The notes under the pieces were generated by a model. It did no database searches. It worked only from the letters and a program-made list of their open reading frames with translations, and was not told where the DNA came from. DNA of 64,000 nucleotides, from positions 1 through 64,000 of IMG/VR virus record IMGVR_UViG_3300027730_000821. One strand, written 5' to 3'. The translations under genes and the position numbers were made by a program. Of this stretch, positions 59,369 through 64,000 are shown piece after piece. Numbering within the stretch: the first letter of the stretch is position 1; every line of letters begins with the position of its first letter. Origin of the DNA: an uncultured virus (IMG/VR IMGVR_UViG_3300027730_000821) (lineage: Duplodnaviria > Heunggongvirae > Uroviricota > Caudoviricetes).

Positions 59369-60028
59369 ATGGCTCGTTATCAGGCTCCGAAGATTTCTTA
59401 TTCGACTGACGAAGTGTTTGCCGCTGCTTGTGCAGCACAGCGCATCAACGGCGAATATCTTAAGGACGACAAGATTCTGTATGATACTGATGGGCATGTC
59501 GAGAAGGTTGAGAAGATCGCTAACAAGAAGCTGACTTCTCAGTTTCTTCGCGGTGACTTTGACATCAACGATGAGGACCGTGCACTGGGACAAGAAGTGC
59601 GTCAGTACTGTAACTCCCTGACGTTCAAGATCCTGCAGGGAAAGACTCTGAGTGATTTTGAGCAAGTTATGCTCAGTGTTGCTGACAAAGAGACTGTTGA
59701 CAGCTTCTACGAGATTGCTGTTGTTTCGTCTCTCCCTGCTTCGTATGAGCGTTATAAAGCTCGTGCAGAAACTGATCGCCGTGTCCGTGACACGAATGGT
59801 TTTGTTGGTGACATGGGTGATAGGGTTGATCTCAAAGTTAACGTAGTGAAGTGTTTTTATTCTCGTAACTGGAACGTATATTTCATTACTGCGATCACTG
59901 AAAATAATAAGTCTGTGTTTTTCAGCAGCCGTAATCAGATTGATATCGGCAAGTCGCTGAATGTTAGGGGTACTGTTAAGTCTCATTGTGATGGGTCTTC
60001 TCAGCTTTCCCGTGTTAAGGTTCTCTGA
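59369..60028 (+). CDS. Protein with C-terminal OB-fold (nucleic-acid binding, tentative)
   Basis: 'FVGDMGDRVDLKVNV...GKSLNVRGTVKSH....QLSRVK'. Confidence 0.55.
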   Translation: MARYQAPKISYSTDEVFAAACAAQRINGEYLKDDKILYDTDGHVEKVEKIANKKLTSQFLRGDFDINDEDRALGQEVRQYCNSLTFKILQGKTLSDFEQVMLSVADKETVDSFYEIAVVSSLPASYERYKARAETDRRVRDTNGFVGDMGDRVDLKVNVVKCFYSRNWNVYFITAITENNKSVFFSSRNQIDIGKSLNVRGTVKSHCDGSSQLSRVKVL

Positions 60029-60037
60029 ACCTTAAAG

Positions 60038-60130
60038 TGGGTGTTCGTCAAACACGAATGGTCTTTCGTAAAGTGGGTCTCCCTTTAAAGGGTTGTAAAT
60101 TCCCTAAGTGGACTGTTTGACGAACACCCA
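60038..60130. repeat. 17-bp perfect inverted repeat enclosing a 59-nt structured spacer
   Basis: TGGGTGTTCGTCAAACA (60038-60054) / TGTTTGACGAACACCCA (60114-60130). Confidence 0.85.
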
Positions 60131-60157
60131 ACTATCATTTATATTATTAAAACAGCC

Positions 60158-60367
60158 ATGAACAACAGCAAAGAAAACACATTTAGGGCCTTGCGTGATG
60201 AGGAATTGCTTGTGAGCAGTTTTTGGTGTAGGTTTGGTTGGCACAGTTGGACCAAATATCGTGAACCTGAAAAAGTCCGCGAAAATGTATACGTTCCGAG
60301 TCATATCCAGGAACGTCGATGCGCCTCGTGCAATAAGCTTAATCGCTGGCGCATACCCGATCTTTGA
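60158..60367 (+). CDS. Small Zn-ribbon-like protein
   Basis: 'WCRFGWHSW...RRCASC'. Confidence 0.55.
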   Translation: MNNSKENTFRALRDEELLVSSFWCRFGWHSWTKYREPEKVRENVYVPSHIQERRCASCNKLNRWRIPDL

Positions 60368-60369
60368 AC

Positions 60370-60398
60370 TTGACATCAACCTAATTTGATAGTATACT
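60370..60398 (+). promoter_or_regulatory. Sigma70-like promoter of ligase
   Basis: TTGACA-N17-TATACT. Confidence 0.65.
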
Positions 60399-60416
60399 AT
60401 AATTCAAGGAGCACTC

Positions 60417-61241
60417 ATGTCGGCATCGTGGATTAACGCACTCAACAGTAGCGATTCTCGCATTCACAAAGAACACATTATCAGTCAGGCGCTAACAGCA
60501 GCATTACTTGGCAACACAACTGCTAAGTTTTTTCTTAATATGCTGAAGCTTTGTTATGATCCATACATCGTGTTTGGGGTAAGACAGATACCAGAAACTT
60601 TTGGAATTACTGATGCAGAAAACCCTTGGGACGAGTTTGGCGATCTTACTGTAAAGCTCGGCACTCGTGAACTCACCGGACATGATGCACGTGACGCTAT
60701 CCAAACAATGGCAGACCGATTCGACAGTGACGAGTGGAATACTTTTCTTGCTCCCGTTTTGCGGCGCGACATACGCTGTGGCATATCGTCAACCACAATC
60801 AACAAAGTTTGCAAAAAGACAGAGTACGAAATTTCAGTTTTTGGGTGTCAACTGGCAACCAATTCTGAAGGCAGACCCGAGATGACCGGTATCAAACGTC
60901 TCGAACCTAAACTTGATGGCTGTTTAAGTTCAGATTGGGTAGTTGAGTTTGAAGATGGCAGTAAAGTCACAATCAAGGAAGTAGTTGACAACAAATTAGC
61001 AGGTAAGGTCAAATCATACAATATGATTACCGGTAAGGTCGAATTTAACGAAATTACCGGCTGGGCGGTGGACGGAATTGATGACTCGGTCGATGATTAT
61101 GAATGGTACGAGATAACATTAGAGAACGGTAAAACTTTGCCACCGCTAACGGGTAATCATTTGGTCTATCTTCCTAAGTTAAAATGCTATCGTAGAGTAG
61201 ACTTGCTAACTGACAATGATGAATTATTAGAGCACATTTAA
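60417..61241 (+). CDS. ATP-dependent DNA ligase N-part fused to split-intein N-fragment
   Basis: 'EPKLDG|CLSSD' (KxDG then Cys1 at 60921); block B 'LTGNHLVY'. Confidence 0.9.
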   Translation: MSASWINALNSSDSRIHKEHIISQALTAALLGNTTAKFFLNMLKLCYDPYIVFGVRQIPETFGITDAENPWDEFGDLTVKLGTRELTGHDARDAIQTMADRFDSDEWNTFLAPVLRRDIRCGISSTTINKVCKKTEYEISVFGCQLATNSEGRPEMTGIKRLEPKLDGCLSSDWVVEFEDGSKVTIKEVVDNKLAGKVKSYNMITGKVEFNEITGWAVDGIDDSVDDYEWYEITLENGKTLPPLTGNHLVYLPKLKCYRRVDLLTDNDELLEHI

Positions 61242-61289
61242 CCATCTAATTTCTGCTACAGGCATAAATAACTATTATAGGAGATTATT

Positions 61290-62144
61290 ATGCCGGTATG
61301 TCATATATGTGGAAAAATAGTGAGGAACATTGACTATCACCTAATAGGTGAACAGTATAAGGATAAGATCAGTGATATGATACTAGCAGGATATTCTATC
61401 TTGTACCTATCCAAGAATTCGTTGACCTTATTCGGAGAGAAAATATCATATGACATGATATCTACAACCTGCAAGCACCACGGTATTAAAATACCCAGTT
61501 TAAAAGATACTGCAAACAGTAGAATAACACGAGATTTGTATAAGTCTACTGTAGAAAAAACATATGGTCATGGAATAACCAATGTATCTCAATCCAAACT
61601 AATCAAAGAAAAGAAAAATAATACAAACTTAGATAGGTATGGAGTAATAAATCCGTTTCAACGAGAAGAAGTAAAGCAAAAATCAAAAGAAACCCTATAT
61701 AAAAAATACGGAGTTCTTAACCCAGTTGAACTGCCATAGTATACCAAAAACAATGGGAGATTCTCTAAACCTCACAAAAAAATATCAGATTTCCTACATA
61801 CTCTGACTATAGAACACGACAATGACAAAGCTGGTCTATTTAGAAAATTTAATGACGAGTTAAAAAGAACGTATTCACCTATCCCTGATATTTTTATTCC
61901 TGATAAAAATGTCGTAATAGAAATATTCGGTGATAGATGGCACATGAATCCAAGAATATACCACGAGTCTGATGTTGTCGTGTTTTTTGACGGTCCGTGT
62001 ACGGCCGCTGAGGTCTGGTTAGGTGATGAAATACGAAATAACCATATCCGCTATTTTGGGGTTGACATAATTGTAATTTGGGAATATGATATCAAATATC
62101 ACTTTGAAGACATCAAACTAATGCTAACTGAAAGATTGACATGA
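61290..62144 (+). pseudogene. Vsr/DUF559-like endonuclease interrupted by in-frame TAG (61737-61739)
   Basis: Same frame continues after TAG through 'PDIF...VIEIFGDRWHMNP...IWE'. Confidence 0.8.
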
Positions 62145-63103
62145 CCACCCTAAAAATCAAAAGTATTAAAAAACTACCTCCAACCAAAATGGCACGGTAT
62201 GACATACAAGTAAAGAATACCGAAAACTTTTTTGCAAATGGGGTGCTAGTCCACAACTGCCGTGTTCTACTAGTAGTGCAAGTTCTTGACAGCGGGGCAC
62301 ATGTCACATGCTATAGCCGTAATGGTAAGGTATTTGAAAACTTTAACCACATCGAAAAACAAGTACTTGATAACTTACCTGAAATGATTGCTGCTAGGCA
62401 TGAGGTAGGAGGCCTTGGGGCAGACCTAACTCTTGGATTTGTGCTTGATGGTGAAGTTGTGGGTAATAGTTTTCAAGAACTGATGCGCCAGGCTCGTCGT
62501 AAAGAAAATGTTGCGAGCGAGGACAGTGTGTTTCACGTATTTGACATTATTCCTATTCTTGATTTTAGCAGGGGATACTGGAACGCATCCCTGACCAAAC
62601 GTCTCGCATTGCTTGACGCAATGAAGTCTGCCATTGACAAGATGTCCAACCTAGAATTACTTCCACATCTACTTGTTGATCTTACTACACTCGAGGGCAG
62701 AAATCAGCTTGATCGTTATGCAAAAGATATGGTTACTGCTGGATTTGAGGGCATCATGATCAAGGATCTTGCGACCTCGTATGAATGTAAGCGTAACACC
62801 GCCTGGATGAAGTACAAGCCCGTGCATGATTACGACCTCACTGTAATCGGTGTGGAATCCGGTACCGGAAAGAACAAGGACAGAATGGGAGCATTGGTCT
62901 GTGAAGGAATGGACGACGGAAAACACATTGTAGTCAATGTGGGTAGCGGGTTTACTGATGCTGAACGACAAGAATATTGGGATAACCGAAACGATCTGAT
63001 CGGGCGATCGGTGGTAATTATGGCAGATGCGATAACTCTTAATCAAAACGGCACTTATAGTCTACGTTTTCCTAGATTTAAATCATTTCGATATGACAAG
63101 TGA
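62141..63103 (+). CDS. Split-intein C-fragment (39 aa) fused to DNA ligase C-part
   Basis: 'RYDIQV..TENFFANGVLVHN|CR'; 'LDGEV', 'FHVFD', 'EGIMIK', 'WMKYKP', 'VGSGFTD', 'SLRFPRF'. Confidence 0.92.
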   Translation: MTTLKIKSIKKLPPTKMARYDIQVKNTENFFANGVLVHNCRVLLVVQVLDSGAHVTCYSRNGKVFENFNHIEKQVLDNLPEMIAARHEVGGLGADLTLGFVLDGEVVGNSFQELMRQARRKENVASEDSVFHVFDIIPILDFSRGYWNASLTKRLALLDAMKSAIDKMSNLELLPHLLVDLTTLEGRNQLDRYAKDMVTAGFEGIMIKDLATSYECKRNTAWMKYKPVHDYDLTVIGVESGTGKNKDRMGALVCEGMDDGKHIVVNVGSGFTDAERQEYWDNRNDLIGRSVVIMADAITLNQNGTYSLRFPRFKSFRYDK

Positions 63104-63112
63104 GGAACTAAA

Positions 63113-63292
63113 ATGTCTGGTTTAAATATTATTTTCGAAGAACTACCTCAACGCTGCGAAGGTTGTGGTATTATTGCAGAGACTCGACCGTTTGGCATCA
63201 ATCATGAAGAAATCTGCTTTGATTGTGCTATGAAGGATGAAGCGGTTACCCAGATACGCATGAAGGAGTTTTTGTTTGGTGACGAAGAATGA
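63113..63292 (+). CDS. Small Zn-finger protein (59 aa, not in ORF track)
   Basis: GAGGA RBS; CEGC...CFDC. Confidence 0.6.
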   Translation: MSGLNIIFEELPQRCEGCGIIAETRPFGINHEEICFDCAMKDEAVTQIRMKEFLFGDEE

Positions 63293-63531
63293 ACGAGAAC
63301 ACTGACAATATAGAAGGTTGGGAAGAAGATCCAGTCGATTACCTAGAACTTCAAAAGATGGTCGGTAAGAAATATGTTTTCGAAGACGGTGACAGTATTG
63401 AGATCGTGCAGATCAAACGTAGAGAGACTGGTCCATGGGTAACATATCATGTTCAGCAAGGACCGGGTATTCCCAGAAAGTTGTTGATGATGCTCGACGA
63501 ATTTCATATTACATATGGTCATCTGTTTTAA
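63289..63531 (+). CDS. Hypothetical protein
   Basis: ATGA overlap; 80 aa. Confidence 0.6.
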   Translation: MNENTDNIEGWEEDPVDYLELQKMVGKKYVFEDGDSIEIVQIKRRETGPWVTYHVQQGPGIPRKLLMMLDEFHITYGHLF

Positions 63532-63566
63532 ATCCAACAGAAACAGAAAATTAGACTAAATAGCTA

Positions 63567-63698
63567 ATGACACTTTATGCATACAAATGGACTCGCCTAT
63601 CTACAGACAAATGGTATGTAGGATCCCTCACTATGGCCGTGACCTATCCAAAATTTGGATATCGTTGCTCCAGCAGGGAAAACACAAATGATATTTAA
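63567..63698 (+). pseudogene. Possible truncated GIY-YIG endonuclease remnant
   Basis: 'YAYKWT...KWYVGS...GYRCSS' then stop after 43 aa. Confidence 0.45.
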
Positions 63699-64000
63699 TG
63701 CCATCGTACTGCTAGTTGCCCTGTTTATTTCCGCAATTAGTGCTTTCTATTCCATCACTGGTTTGGCCGTCATCTTTTCAGCGGCAGCAGTGCCAGTGAT
63801 GGTTATGGGAAGTGCATTAGAGTTAGGTAAAATCACGGCGGTGGTATGGCTTCACAAATACTGGACCAAAGCCGGATGGGCGCTGAAATCGTATCTAGTG
63901 CTGGCAGTTGTGTCATTGATGCTAATCACCTCTATGGGGACATATGGATATTTGGCAAAGGCTCACAGTGACCAGACTTTAGTAAGTGGCGACACCGCTG
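63688..64000 (+). CDS. Multi-TM membrane protein, 3'-partial
   Basis: Three hydrophobic segments; 'SALELGK', 'ITSMGTYGYL'. Confidence 0.65.
   Translation, partial: MIFNAIVLLVALFISAISAFYSITGLAVIFSAAAVPVMVMGSALELGKITAVVWLHKYWTKAGWALKSYLVLAVVSLMLITSMGTYGYLAKAHSDQTLVSGDTA

Noticed and set aside
59342..59986. 214-aa minus-strand ORF
   Set aside because: Antisense shadow of the plus-strand gene, which has a promoter and RBS.
60038..60130. tRNA gene
   Set aside because: No T-loop (TTCRA) or D-arm consensus, and the stem is too long; kept only as an unknown structured element.
61737..61739. Genome-wide TAG recoding
   Set aside because: TAG is a clear terminator elsewhere (e.g. 4821, 5368, 14135) and other genes are intact in code 11.

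Overview
The window is a gene-dense, mostly plus-strand segment of a large tailed (jumbo-type) phage genome in the standard genetic code, with sigma70-like TTGACA-N17 promoters and T4-late-like ATAAATA motifs. Order: virion structural genes (1-4 kb); a DnaE-like fragment, GroES, clamp loader, PhoH, DnaJ and ClpA (4-14 kb); a block of probable head-packaged, protease-processed multidomain proteins (15-33 kb); a B-family DNA polymerase fractured by a split intein with an intervening endonuclease gene (33-37.5 kb); a 7-deazaguanine DNA-modification cluster (DpdA/TGT-like, DpdL-like, FolE, QueD, QueE, GuaC, PRTase, two glycosyltransferases; 38.7-51 kb); UvdE and a 5'-3' exonuclease; and a DNA ligase also fractured by a split intein, whose endonuclease carries an in-frame stop (60.4-63.1 kb). 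The most notable non-coding signals are a covarying ~70-nt two-hairpin leader, bracketed by convergent ATAAATA motifs, in front of three dissimilar antisense homing-endonuclease genes, and a tandem pair of covarying H-type pseudoknots upstream of queD (riboswitch candidate). All family calls come from motif recognition by eye; no searches were run.
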